Shown: piece by piece, positions 24,842-37,491 of the stretch
Position numbering within the stretch: the first letter of the stretch is position 1
How the letters are laid out: each line of letters starts with the position of its first letter
Program-made: the position numbers and the translations under genes
NCBI GenBank assembly: GCA_004431415.1
Contig: QPMI01000628.1
Location: 37,847-101,846, forward strand
Source of the DNA: Cyanophora paradoxa CCMP329
Taxonomy: Eukaryota; Plantae; Glaucophyta
Direction of reading: 5' to 3'
Length of the DNA: 64,000 nucleotides
Notes under the pieces: model-generated
The model's database searches: none
Told to the model about the DNA's origin: nothing
Seen by the model: only the letters and a program-made list of their open reading frames with translations

Positions 24842-27800
24842 ATGGCCGCAGGAGGGCGCCGGACCTTGGGTAAGGACTCTCACCCCTTTCGCTCATACAA
24901 AGCAGCGGTCAGCGTGACTGCCGACCCCGCCGACGAGCTTAATGCGCTGTACCCGTCGCAAGTTCGTCCCCCCTGCAACCGCTGTTTCACGCACGGGCTC
25001 CGCGGCGGGCCTTTGAGCACTCGGATCAACGGATTGGATGCGCTAGCTACGATCATGGCAAGCGGGGATGTGGACTGGAGCCCCGACTGCCCGCTGTGTG
25101 AGGAGTTGTTGCGACAGCCTGTCGTGCTACCGTGCGGGTACGGCCCGGAGCGGGCATGTTTAAACTCCGTTTCGAGCCTTTCCGATCTCTGAACCACTCT
25201 CCGGGCACCGCCGCCTGGCAGCTGCTGCTTCTGCCTGCAGTGCATCAAGAAGTTGAAATCGAGAGTTTGCCCGCGCTGCGGACCTCCGAATGGCGTCCCG
25301 CAGACTCTCAAGGTCCGCGAAGCCTCGAATACGCGGCTGCGGTGACGCTGCACGCGCACCTCGAGCCCGCTGACGCAAGACACGCGCAGGTCTGCGGCGT
25401 GCTCGCCGGCGCGCTCAAGCGCATCCAGCTCCAGGACAAGGCGCGCGATCCTTCTCTCCTCCGCCCTGCCGCGCTGACGGGGGCGCGGGCAGGTGGGCGG
25501 GAGCTTCACGCACGTCGACCTGGGCGAGCTGGAGCTGGCCGAGCTGCTCGGCGAGGGCAGCTTCGGGAAGGTCCGAGGCTCGGGCGCTGCGCTCCGGCAT
25601 CGCGCGTGCGCCCTGACTTCGTTCGCACGCGCGCAGGTCTTCCTCGCGCGCTGGAACGGGATGTCCGTCGCGTGCAAGTTCCTCCAGGAGGCCGGCACCG
25701 ACGAGCTGCAGGCCCGCCCCGGATCGAATCCCGGATCGAATCTCTTCGCCCCGCCCCGCCCCGCCCCGGCTAAGACGGGGCGCGCAGGCCTTCGAGAAGG
25801 AGCTCGCCGTGCTGAGGTACCCCCCCCCCGCCCGCGTTCGATCTTTGTACCCCTCCGCCGGCCCCTCAGACCGCCCGCAGCCGCCTGAGGCACCCCAACG
25901 TCGTGCTCCTCCTCGGCGCCTCCCTGGACCCCGTGCGCCCTGTACCCCCTCCTCGTCCACCCCCCCCCCCAACTTTCGGCCGCAGCCGATGCTGGTGACG
26001 GAGTTCTGCGCGGGGGGCACCATCGAGGGCCTCATCGCCGCGGCGGCACGTACCCCCGTCCCGCCTCCCCCCCCTCCCCCCCTGCTTTCCTCACGTACCC
26101 CCCCGCAGGGCCCGCGGGGCCTGGAGCGGGACCTTGCGTACGCAGTCGCCCTCGACGTCGCCCGCGGGATGCAGTACCTCCACTCCCAGGCCAGCGTACC
26201 CCGAAAACGGGATTCGATCCGGCTTTGACGTACCCCCCCTTACCCCGCGCAGGCCATCCTCCACCGGGACCTGTGCTCTCATTCCCCTACCCCGCCCCTC
26301 CGCCTGCGCTGACGCCCGCTCTTCCTCGCCCGCGCCCGCAGGAAGACGGCGAACGTGCTGGTGGACAAGAGCGGGCGCGCCAAGATCTGCGACTTCGTGC
26401 GCACGCCCCCGCTTCTACCCCCTCCGCCGGCCGCCGACCGGGGGCGCCCCCTCCGCGGGGCGCAGGGCATGTCGCGCATCAAGCAGATGAAGACGATGCG
26501 GGCGCGGCGCTCCAGCGGCAACCTCAGGGGCGGAGGCGGGCCCGTGAGCCTAGTCACCCAGGCCTTTGGTGCACTTTCCCTTCCTCCTGTCTATTTCCGG
26601 CCGCCGAGTCGCCGCGCGCTTTCAGGTACCCCCCAGTACATCGCGCCCGAGATCTGGCGCGGCGGCGGTGCGACCTCGTACCCCCCCCCCCTTTGCGCAG
26701 CGCGGCCCGTGGCGACGTACCCCTCCCCCCGCGGCAGAGTTCGGCCCCAAGACGGACGTTTTCGCGTACGCCATCGTGCTCTGGGAGATCCAGTTCGGGT
26801 ACCCCGCCCGCGCTCCTTCCCCCCTCAGTCTCCCCGGCTCACGTACCGCCCCAGGCACGAGGGGGAGCCGTACCCCGAGTGCCACGACATCCCGTCGCTC
26901 TCGGCGTACGTGAAGCGGGGCCTGCGGCCGGCCGTACCCCCGAAGCTGCGGCGGGACCCCCTGGTCCAGGTGCGCGGGGCCGGGCGGCGCGGGCGCGGGC
27001 TAGATTCGATCCGCCGCGTCCCTCCCTGCACCTTAGGGCGAGGCCGATGCGTCGTGTTCCGCCTAGCCATCCCCTCCGCCTCTTTGATTAGATTGCTCTC
27101 GCATCCGGATCCGCGCCTCGGAGCGATCCTCTCCTCCGCCTCCGCCTTCGCGGAAGCCGTCCAGCGTCGCCCCCGCCCGCCCCATCGCAATCGCCCCCGC
27201 CACCCCGCGCCTCGCATCGCCCAACCCGACATGACGTCCCGCCTCGCGCGCGGCCCGCGCAGCTGATGCGGCGCTGCTGGGCGCACGACGCGGCGCGGCG
27301 GCCCGACTTCGCGGAGGTGACGGCGGCGCTGCGGGGCCTCGCCAAGGGCATGAAGCGCGCCAGCTCCACCTTCTACGCCCCGGGCGCCTCGGTGCGCGAG
27401 GCCGGCGGGGGCGGCGCCCCCTTCTCTTAGCGTCTTCTTATAAGCGTCTTCAAGCTCCCGCGGCGTTCTCTAACGCGGCGGGCCGGGCGCAGCTGGCGAT
27501 AGCGCGCCTGGGGAGCTCGGGCTGCCTCGCCCGCCTCGGGGCCGCCCCCTCCTCGGACGCCGACGCCGACGGGGCGGCGGAGGCGGAGGCGCCCCTGCCC
27601 TCGCCCCGCTCGCAGGGTTCCCGCGTCCTCGTCGTCGCCAAGGGCCGCCCCGGCTGCTTCTGGACCATCAGCGCGCACCCCCCTTCCCTTCCGCCCCCCC
27701 GCTCTAACCCCGTACCCCCCTGCGAGCAGGCTCGGCGGTGGTCGCGGCGCACGGCGGGCAGACCATCCAGGTGCGAGGCGTAGGGGGGGTACAGGGGAAG

Positions 27801-29432
27801 GGGAGGACACGGGGCGCCGCCCCCCGCTCCTCAGCGGGCCGAGCCTCGCCACGTCGGCGACTGTAGAGGGCACAGGGGAACTAGGGAAAGGGGGCGCCGC
27901 CCCTTAGCGGGCCGAGCCTCTTAGAGAGGGAGGATGGAAGACGCTTATTAGAATAGCGCTCCTGACGCTCCTGTATGGGTAGTGGGCTCCGCCCTTGTAG
28001 CTCCTCACGGATCCCGGATCCCGCGCGCGGATCTGATCTCATCTGATCTGATCAGATCCCCTTTTAGCCGAGTGGGCGCGAAGAGCGGATCCCGCTCGCG
28101 CATCAACCTCGCGCGCGGATCGGATCTGATCTGATCTGATCTGATCTGATGTCCGCCCCGCCCCGGATGCGCAGGTGCACCCGGGGACGTACGAGGAGCC
28201 GTGCACCATCACCGTCTCCAAGTCGCTCCGCATCGAGGGTACCCCCCCTTCCCTTCCTTCGTTGTCCGAGGCTCCTCTGAGGCCAGACGGGCGGCCCCGC
28301 GCAGGCCTCTGCGACTACGCCGAGGACGTCGTGGTACCCACCTCCCCCCGTCCTTTCGCTCCCCCTCCCCTCGATCTCGCCGCCCGGCCAGGTCGGGGTG
28401 GGCCCGGAGGCCGTGGCCCGGGGCTTCCCCGTCTTCGTCGTCGACGCCCCGCGCGCCCACGTCACCCTCTCCAAGGTCCCCCCCCCCCCCCCCCCCCCCC
28501 CCCTTCCTTTAGTTGTTCGAATTAGACAGTGTTAACATGACCTAACCTTCCGGTCCCTTCGTTCGCAGCTCCACCTGCGGGGCCGCCTCCCGGCACCGAC
28601 GCCGGCGCCGGCGGAGCTCCGGGCCTCGACCCCCAGCGAGGCGGACGGGCCCGGCCCCGGCCTGGGCTCCCGCGGCCGCTCTGCCGGGAGCCGCCGTGCA
28701 TCCGCCGGCAACCTCTCCCCCGTCCGCGAGGGTACCCCCCGTACCTCCTCCCCCCCCATCCGGATTTGATCCGATCCGGCTCGCAGCCGAGGAGCGCGTC
28801 TCGGCGTCCCCGGGGCGCCCCGTACCCCCCCAGGATGACGCCCCCCTCGCCTCCTCCTCGGCCTCGTCCGCCGCGTCTGCTTCCGGCGCCGCGGGCCGGC
28901 CGGCCTCCTTCTCCTCGTGCTCCTCTTCCTCCCCCCCTTCGGGCTGCGAGCGGTCCCTGTGCGCCGTCTCCGTGCGCGAGGCCGCCTCGTTCTTCCTCGA
29001 GGACTGCATCGTCCACGACTTCGAGGCGCGCATAAGCTCCGGCGGCTTTCTTCCTATTAAAACTGCGGCTTCTTCTTATAAAAACGCGGCTTTCTTCTCA
29101 TAAAAACGCTTCTTTTAATCTGAAGCTTAAGCTCCGGGCGGCCCTCTTAAGCTTTCTGTGCGCGGCCCTGACCGTCTCTTCTTCTTCCTCCTCGGCCCCG
29201 CAGGTGGGCCTGATCGCGAAGGGCGTGGGGAGCTGCATCGTGGAGCACTGCGACGTGGGCCACTGCGGCGTGGGCGTCCTCGCCCACAGCGCCGGCGCCC
29301 TCGCCCTGCGCCACTCCGTCGTCCACGACTGCGCCTCCGTCTGCGCCCTCGCCAGCGCCTGCCGCGAGATCGACACCGCTCGGAGCCTCTTCTGGTCCGC
29401 CCCGGGCTCCCTCCGCGCCGAGGGCTCCGCCT

Positions 29433-29466
<34 letters not shown>

Positions 29467-30321
29467 TCTCGCGTCGGCGGCGCAGGGGTACCGCCCCCGC
29501 GGCTGCCGGGCGAGGCCGGCGGGCCGCGGGAGCCGCGGCGGGCAGCCTGGGCGGAGCTCGAGCGGGGCGCGCTGAACGTGCCGGGGGGGCACGCCGGCCC
29601 TGCGAGCAGCGACGGGCTGGCGCGGGCCGCCGGCTGCGCCACGGGCGTCTGCGTCGTCGTCCAGTGCGACTGCTTCCTCGAGGTCGGGGTGCGCGACGCG
29701 ACTGCTTCCTCTCTGCCTTCGTGCCCGACGCGCGATCGCGCGCTGCTCAGGCCGACCTGGACGACGGGGCGAGCACGTGCGGGGGCGGCTCGTTCCTGGA
29801 CCTGCCGCGGGCGGCGCTGGAGGAGCAGCAGCGGCAGCTGCTCGGGAGCCCGCGGCGGCGGCGGCGGCAGTGCACGGCCAGCGAGCGCGCGGCCGCCGGC
29901 ATCGAGGTGCGCGTCGTCGGCGCCTCGGACGACGACGAGGGCGCCCCAGGCGCCGCCGGCAACGACAGCGCCGCCAGCAGCGGGCCGCCGAGCCCCCGCG
30001 CGGGCCCCTGCCCGCCCCGCCGGACCCCCGGCGGCCATCATCACGGTCACCCCGCCGGCCCGGGCGCAGTCCCCGCGGGCGCCGGCGCGGGCGGCGTTGC
30101 CGGCCGAGACCGAGAGCGGCGCGGCGGCGCGGGAGGCGGCGCTGCGGCTCGCGCGCTCGGGCTCGAGCCCGGCGCCGGCCGCCGCCGTCGAGTCGCCGCG
30201 GATCGGCGGGCTCCTCCGCACCGCCCGCGGCTCCCCGCTCCGGGTCAAGTTCAGCAGCGGCGCCCCCCTCAGCGAGGAGGAGGCGGGCGGCGGCCGCGAG
30301 AACGGCGCCCGGAGCCCCTAG
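24842..30321 (+). CDS. RING finger + TKL-type protein kinase + right-handed beta-helix protein (multi-exon)
   Basis: RING CPLCEELLRQPVVLPC..CFCLQCI..CPRC. Kinase motifs LGEGSFGKV, VACK, HPNVVLLLG, DVARGMQYLH, ILHRDLKTANVLV, KICDFG, GTPQYIAPE, DVFAYAIVLWE. Then pectin-lyase-like GDTIQVHPGTYEE..ITVSKSLRIEG and IVEHCDVGHCGVGV repeats. Confidence 0.85.
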
Positions 30322-30857
30322 CGCAGTGCTTGTGGGTCCACAGTGCATTGTAATAAGCTTTAAATTTGGTCGGATCGATCGATGTCTGCATGCATCTTTG
30401 TCCATGCAGCCGTACTACGGTATACGTAGCTTTAGCCAAAGGCCCTTAGGCTAAGCCTTGAAGGTTCGTCAAATTCGCGGGGCGGGGCGTTTCCCGGAGT
30501 CCGAAGTTCGTTTTTGACGCTTTTCGCGTCGACGTCGTTAGCGTATACGTAATCGCGCCGCCGGCCTAGGCCTTGGGCGCCAGGCGCCGCCAGCTGCAGC
30601 GCCGCGCGCCGCCGGGCCGCCGGTTCCAGCTCCGGGCTCCGGTCCGGATCATCGGATCTAGGCTCCAGCGCGCTCCAGCGCGGCGCGCTCCGCGGCCGGG
30701 ATTCGCACTGTCCGGCAGTGTACGTGTCAGGCGCTGTCCGTCTTGACTCCGCAGCCTGGACCGGTCACGGTCCCCCTGGCTCACGGGTACCGGCGTTACG
30801 GCGGCGTACCGCACTGCAGCTGGCGCGCGCAGGCGCTGCATGCGCATGTGTTCCGTG

Positions 30858-31991
30858 TAGGGTTGGCCAGTTGAAATTTCAAGCCATTGAAAATACATTG
30901 AAATTGTATTTTCAATTGCAATTTCAATGACGCCCGTTGAAATACATTGAAATAGAATATAAAAATAATAATAAAAAATTTCAGGAGGGGTGAGGGCATC
31001 GCCCCCACGGTGAAAATTGCTCATTCGGCCCCCCCGCCCAGTGGGACGGACAGAGACAAAAAGGTGGGGGAGAGAGGGCTGTTTCTACAGCTAGGCTAAG
31101 TATACCGATGCTACGTATACGGGCCAGGATGTAGATGCAGCCGGCGGCGCCGGCGGAGGGTCGAGGGAAGGGACGTCGACGTTGTCCCGTTTTCGCTCCC
31201 TCCCTTCCCCTTCCCAGCACCTCCGGACTTCCCAGGAGCCCTCCCAGCCCGTAAAGAGGCTCACAGAGTGAGAGTGAACTCGAATAAAGACAGTTGAGAG
31301 TGAAAGAGACTCTCCGCAGTGCGCAGGGTCTCTGCAAATGCTGCACTGCCGTTTGAAATTTCAATTGAAAGTTCAAATCTTTCAAAGGGTCGATTTTCAC
31401 GCCCGACCCGGTCCTCCCCCGTCCTCCACCACCACCTCACATCCTCCCGCCCCATACTCCTCCGATCCCCCCTCTCCCGACCGACATCCTCCCGGTCCTA
31501 CGAGCCCGGCGGCTCTACCAGGCCCGCTCCTGCATGAGCGCGCCCCCACCCCCGCGCCCCCCGTGCCGACGACACGGCGGGCCGTACCCTAGCGTGTACA
31601 GATTGGCTTAGGTTACAGAGTGCCTTCCCGGAGGCCATAGCTTGCTAGGTATAGTCACAGCTGCAGTCGTCTAGCCGTCCGCCAGTTTTTTCAGACCTTG
31701 CTGCCCCTCTCGTCCTTGGGTAGTCATTCCTTCCTCGTGTAGAACCTCCCCTGTACTGCAGCACTAGACCTAGCCCCGGGGTAGCCTTTCCAGTTATCTT
31801 CACATCCGAGCTCCACCCGGTCGGATGTCCGAAAGGCTTAGTCCCGTAGGCTCATCTCTCGACTTGACACAGATGGACACCTCAGTTACATCCCTAGCCA
31901 TTTGTCTCGGTGTGTGCGAATTCATACGATAAAGGGTCGATTTTCAGTTTCAACGCCAATTTTCTGTATTTCATGAAATTCACCAACCCTA
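30858..31991. mobile_element. Non-autonomous hAT DNA transposon, 1134 bp
   Basis: TIRs TAGGGTTGG (30858) and CCAACCCTA (31983-31991); perfect 8-bp TSD GTTCCGTG at 30850-30857 and 31992-31999; subterminal TTGAAAT/ATTTCAA repeats. Confidence 0.93.
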
Positions 31992-32426
31992 GTTCCGTGT
32001 GGAAATGATACCCGTGTGAAATCACTTTTCCACACCAGGCCTCGTGTTGTTTTGATCATGCATGTGTCCCGGTGTGCCGGCTGTGCCTGGGCCTTCGCCC
32101 TTCCAAAAGCGCTTCCAAGACTCCGCGGGGCCGATTCCATTTAAGAACGTGGGCTCTGCGGCTGGTCGGCTGGCCAGCTGGCCTAGCCGAGTCTTCGGCT
32201 CCTAGCTGGACTCCGGGAGGCTGGTTGCCAGCTGGCCGGCCAAGGTTTCGCTGGAAGCTGGCGGCCAGCCCCGGGCCGCTGGCAGGGCTTCGCCGGCTTG
32301 GGCTGGCCCGCTAGCCAAAGGGAGAGCTGGCTGGCCAGCCGCCAGTGCCCTAGCTATAGCGCGGCCTGCCGCGGGAATTAAGTTCGCCGGAAACTCAGGC
32401 GAAGCCTCTTTCGGGCGAAGCCTCTT

Positions 32427-35400
32427 CCGTAAATCGATGGTGAACGTGCCCATTTATTTTTTTTCCACTCGAGTCCGATTGGTCCGAGCGTCCAGATTCG
32501 CAACCTCCGCAATGAAGGCGAACGATCGGGCGAAGCCTCTTCGGGCGAAGCCTCTTCAGGCGAAGCCTCTTTCTCAGACCCGGTCACCGCCGATGAGAAT
32601 TCCGATCGGATTCGAACCCGAAATTTTTCATCTTCCCTGTAAATAATTTCTTTTTTTTTTTTGGTGAATTACCGGCCACAGCCTCTAGTCTAAATAATTT
32701 CCCTGTCCAGCCTCCTCATGAAAAATTAATAATTTTTCCTCGACACGGACGTGACGCTTCCCCCATCACACACAAATGACTCAGCTACCCTAACCCCCAC
32801 AGACCTCTCTAGATCCATTTTTAGCGTCCTGGCTCCCCTAAGACGACCGCTCTCCCGTGGGCGTCCCGCGAAAATCGAATTCCCTCCAGGATCAATTCCG
32901 GTACTTAACCTCCGACAAACGCAGTGCGAGTCAGAAGGTGGGACCCGGTCCCGCCCGGTCCCGCGACGAAATCGCGCCAGGGACGCCCCAGAACGATACA
33001 GAATGACGCGCGAGGGCGAGCGCATCGCCGCAAGCTCGATTTCGGGCGCCCTCGACGCTCCAGTGCGAAGAGTCGGCCGAAAATTTGATCCAGCCGGTCC
33101 GGCCCAGTCCCGCGACGCGCGCGATCGATGCGTACTGGCGCGCATAGACATAGCAGCGCCTGCACACCCCCGAAATCCGCTTTTCGGAGCCGGAATAGCG
33201 CAGGAAGGTACCCGACGGCAAAAATTCGATCCTGCACGGGCCCGGAGATCTTTCCGCGCGCCCACGCCGCGGCGCATGCGCGCATCAATCGCATATGCAT
33301 TTGAGATGTAGAAGAAGACTTCCGCACGCTTTATAGCTGCGCCGGGCCGCGAGGACCCAGCCGACCCCGAAAATTCGATCCTGGACAGATCTGAACATCT
33401 TTCCGCGCGCCCTCGCATCGTCACGCGAGCGCATCGCTACAATATGCATTTGATATCGTTTTAAAGCTTTCCGCGAGCTCTGCGGGCGCGACAGCGCACG
33501 ACAACCCAGCCGACGCCAAAAATTCGATCCTGGCCACGCCTGCACATCTTTCCGCGCGCCCTCGCCTCCGCAGCCCTGCACATTGATACTATATGCATTC
33601 GACGTTCTGTTTAAGCGATTCGCAAGCTCTGCGCATGCGCCTGGCTGCGAGAACCTCGCCCCTCCCGGGCCTCCCCCCCAACAATATATTAATAATACTA
33701 AATTAATCCGGTTCGACTCCTCCCCTAGCGTTACCGGTTCAACTCCTCCCCTAGTTAATAATATATTCCCTCTCCTCATTACATTGCTCCCTGGCCAGCG
33801 AGCTCTCCATCGAGCTGGCTATAGCGGGCCAGCCCATTGCCGCAGTACCACGGTGCCAAGCCGGCGAAACCCGGCCATGCAGCTGGGCGCGCGCCGGCGG
33901 GGCTGCACCTGGCCGCCTACTGTGACAGCCGCGCGGGCGTCCGCGAGGCTTCGCCGTACTTAGTGCTCCGCAGGAGCACGGATCTAATCCGTAAGTTGAT
34001 GGTGACCGCCCGAAATTATTTTTTTTCCACTCGAATCCGATTGGTCCGAGCGTCCAGGTTCGCAACCTCCGCAATGAAGGCGAACGGTCTCCGACGTGAC
34101 ATAGACGTGACTCGTTTACATTGATCTATTTTCGCACTCATAGCTCCCCTAGAATTTACCCAAGACGACCGCTCTTCCGTGGGCATCGCGCGAAAATCAA
34201 TTTCCCTCCAGGATCAATTCCGGTATTTATACCCCGGCTCGATCGCGAAACTCCAAAAAGTGGGACCCGGTCCCGCGACGAAAGCGCGCCAGGGACGCCC
34301 CAGAGCGGTCAGAATGACAGCCAAGAGCGCGCGCATTGCGGCAAGCTCGATTTCGGCCGCCGCCGACGCTCCAGTCCAGAGACTCGGCCGAAATTTTGAT
34401 CCAGCCGGTTCCAGCCGGTCCCCCGACGCGCGCATGCGATGCGTACTGGCGCGCATAGACATAGCACGGCCTGCGCACTCCAGATATCCGCTTTTCGAAG
34501 CCGGAACAGTGCAGGAAGGTACCCGACAGCAAAAATTCGATCCTGCACAGGCCCGGGCAACTTTCCGCGCGCCGACGCCGCGGCGCATGCGCGCATCAAT
34601 AGTACATGCATTTGAGATGTAGAACATGCATTTTAAATGCTTAACAGATGCGCCGGGCCGCGAGGACCCAGCCGACCCCGAAAATTCGATCCTGGACGGA
34701 CCTGCACATCTTTCCGCGCGCCCTCGCGTCCTCACCCACGCCCATCGCTAGAGTATTCATTTGAGATCTAAACGGAGCCTTCCACAAGCTCCGCGCGCGC
34801 CAAAGAGCACGAGAACCCAGCCGACGCCAAATTTTCGATCCTGGACAGGCCTGCACATATTTCCGCGCGCCCTCGCCTCCGCAGCCCTGCACATCGATCC
34901 TGTATGCATTCGAGACTCTGTTTAAGCGATTCGCAAGCTCTGCGCATGCGCCTGGCCGCGAGAACCTCGCCCGTCCCCTCAACAATCTCCTCTCAATTCC
35001 CTCAGGGCCTCGAGCTCAACTACGTATACAGCTAGCTGATTGGCGGCACCACTCCTCCCCTCATTATATTCTCTCTCATGATCAGCTGCAGCGATTCTCC
35101 TAATTACAAAATTATATTCTCTCCCGACGTACAACTCCGATCCTCTCAGGACAACGTTAACTTCGAATTCTCCCATAATTATATCCCTCTCAGCAGCCCT
35201 CGCCTCCCCTCTCCTTGCCCCACCGACCCAGCAACAGCCACGACGGGCCGCGATGATTAAGGGGGGCGCGAAGGGGGCTGCAGAGGCTTCGCCCGATGTT
35301 TGGGACCCGCAGGGGCCCAGGGCTTGTTTGGGACCCGCAGGGGCCCAGGGCTTGTCCGTAAATCGATGGTGAACGTGCCCATTTATTTTTTTTCCACTCG

Positions 35401-36068
35401 AGTCCGATTGGTCCGAGCGTCCAGATTCGCAACCTCCGCAATGAAGGCGAACGATCTCCGACGTCAGTCAGACGTTACACGTACTCGACTGATTTATTTT
35501 TGGGCTCGAGGCTCCCCTAAGACGATCGCTCTCCCGTGGCCGTCGTGCGAAATTCGAATTTCCCTCTTGGATCAATTCCGGTATTTATACCCCGGTTCGA
35601 TCGCGAAACCCCAAAAAGTGGGACCCGGTCCCGCCCGGTCCCGCGACGAAACCGCGCCAGGCCTAGGGACGACCCAGAGCGGTCAGGATGACAACCACCA
35701 GCGCGCGCATCGCTGCAAGCTCGATTTCGGCCGCCCTCGACGCTCCAGTCCAAAGAGTCGGTCGAAATTTTGATCCAGCCGGTTCCGGCCGGCCCCCCGA
35801 CGCGCGCATTCGATGCGTACTCACGCGCATAGACATAGCACGGCCTGCGCAAACCAGATATCCGCTTTTCGGAGCCGGAACAGTGCAGGAAGGTGCCCGA
35901 TAGCAAAAAATCGATCCTGAACAGACCCAGACATCTTTCCGCGTGCCCATGCCGCGGCGCATGCGCGGAGCAATAGTATAAGCATTCGAGATGTAGGAGA
36001 AGCCTTCCGCGCGCTTTGCAGATGCGCGCGACCGCGAGCACTCAGCCGATCCAGAAATTTGATCCAGA
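32427..36068. repeat. Diverged ~1.4-1.6 kb tandem repeat (~2.5 units) with internal AAAATTCGATCCTG subrepeats
   Basis: Unit head CCGTAA(ATC/GTT)GATGGTGA...TTTTTCCACTCGA..CCGATTGGTCCGAGCGTCCAG at 32427, 33989 and 35356. Confidence 0.9.
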
Positions 36069-36537
36069 CCATGCCCCCCCCCCCCCCCCCCCCTTGAAGC
36101 GAAAAAAATGCTGGAAACTGGAGAGCCGCAAGCGCGCACAACGAACGATGGCCGCAAGCACGAACGACAAACAAGCGCGACAAGCCGCACAGCTGCTTCG
36201 AGAAAGATCTAGTGCAAGCTCCCACGCCCATCCGGATCTACCGAAGCCACTCGCGCCTGGCAGCCTCCCGTGCTCCGTCTCTCCGTGAGCACGCGCACGT
36301 TTTCGGCCACACTGCTCATCGCGCAGCTAATGTGCTCGTCGCAGGCCGCCAGGCGATCCTGTAAACGTAGATGACAACGTGACGAGGCCGCAGCACGGCC
36401 GCGGTCGCAAGCACAGTCCGCAGCTGACTCGCATGCTGCATGCGCAGCTTGCTGTGGTCAATCCCTTTCTGTGAGCTCGCTCATGCCTTCGGTTGGCCTG
36501 CTCAACGGTGATCATGAGCTGATGCGTGCTCCGCAGA

Positions 36538-37473
36538 CCGATCCCCCCGTCTCTGCGCAGGCCGCCGCGCTCGTCACCCGAAGCGGCCGGCGCCCCCATC
36601 GAGTCGCCGTCCCCGTGAGCCTCCCGGCCCGCCCCCGCCACCTGCGCCCTCGGCTGACTGGCGCCCTCCAGGCCTCCCGTCGTCCCTAGCCTCGTCAGCT
36701 CGCCCGCCCGCCCGCCCCCTCCCGGCCCCCGCCGATCCCCCCGTCTCTGCGCAGGCCGCCGCGCTCGTCAGTCGAAGCGGCCGGCGCCCGCATCAAGTCG
36801 TCGTCACCGTGAGCCTCCCGGCCCGCCCCCGCCCCCGCACCCTCGGCTGACTGGCGCCCTCCAGGCCTCCCGTCGCCCCTAGCCTCGTCAGCTCGCCCCT
36901 CACCCGCCCCCTCCCGGCCCCCGCTGATCTCTCCATCCCTCCGCAGGCCGCTGCGCTCGTCAGCCGAAGTGGCCGGCGCCTCCATCGAGTCGTTTTCCCT
37001 GTGAGCCTCCCGGCCCGCCCCCATCCCCCGCGCCCTCCCGCTCACTCGCGCCCTTCAGGCCTGCCACCGTCCCTAGCGTCGTCAGCTCGCCCGCCCGCCC
37101 TCCCATCCCGCCCCCCGCTGACCCCCCGAGCTCTGCGCAGGCCGCCGCGCTCGTCACTCAAAGCGGCCGGTGCCCGGCGCCTCCATCGAGTCGTTTTCCC
37201 CGTGAGCCTCCCGGCCCGCCCCCGCCCCCCGCGCCCTCGGCTGATTGGCGCCCTCCAGGCCTGCCATCGTCCCTAGCCTCGTCAGCTCGCCCACCCGCCC
37301 TCCCCTTCCGCCCTTCGCTGACCCCCCCCGGCTCTGCGCAGGCCGCCACGCTCGTCAGTCAAAGCGGGCGGCGTCCGGCGCCTCCATCGAGTCGTTGTCG
37401 CCGTGAGCCTCCCGGCCCGTCCCCGCCCCCCGCACTCTCGGCTGACTGGCACCCTCCAGGCCCCCTGTCGTCC
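36538..37473. repeat. ~195-bp GC-rich tandem repeat, 5 copies
   Basis: Recurrent CTGCGCAGGCCGCCGCGCTCGTCA...GTGAGCCTCCCGGCCCG...GGCTGACTGGCGCCCTCCAGGCC units near 36538, 36732, 36922, 37115 and 37317. Confidence 0.9.
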
Positions 37474-37491
37474 AGGCAGACCGTTCCCACC

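Noticed and set aside
32726-36231. Paralogous ORFs of 150-230 aa
   Set aside because: They are translations of the non-coding tandem repeat; frames are not conserved between units.
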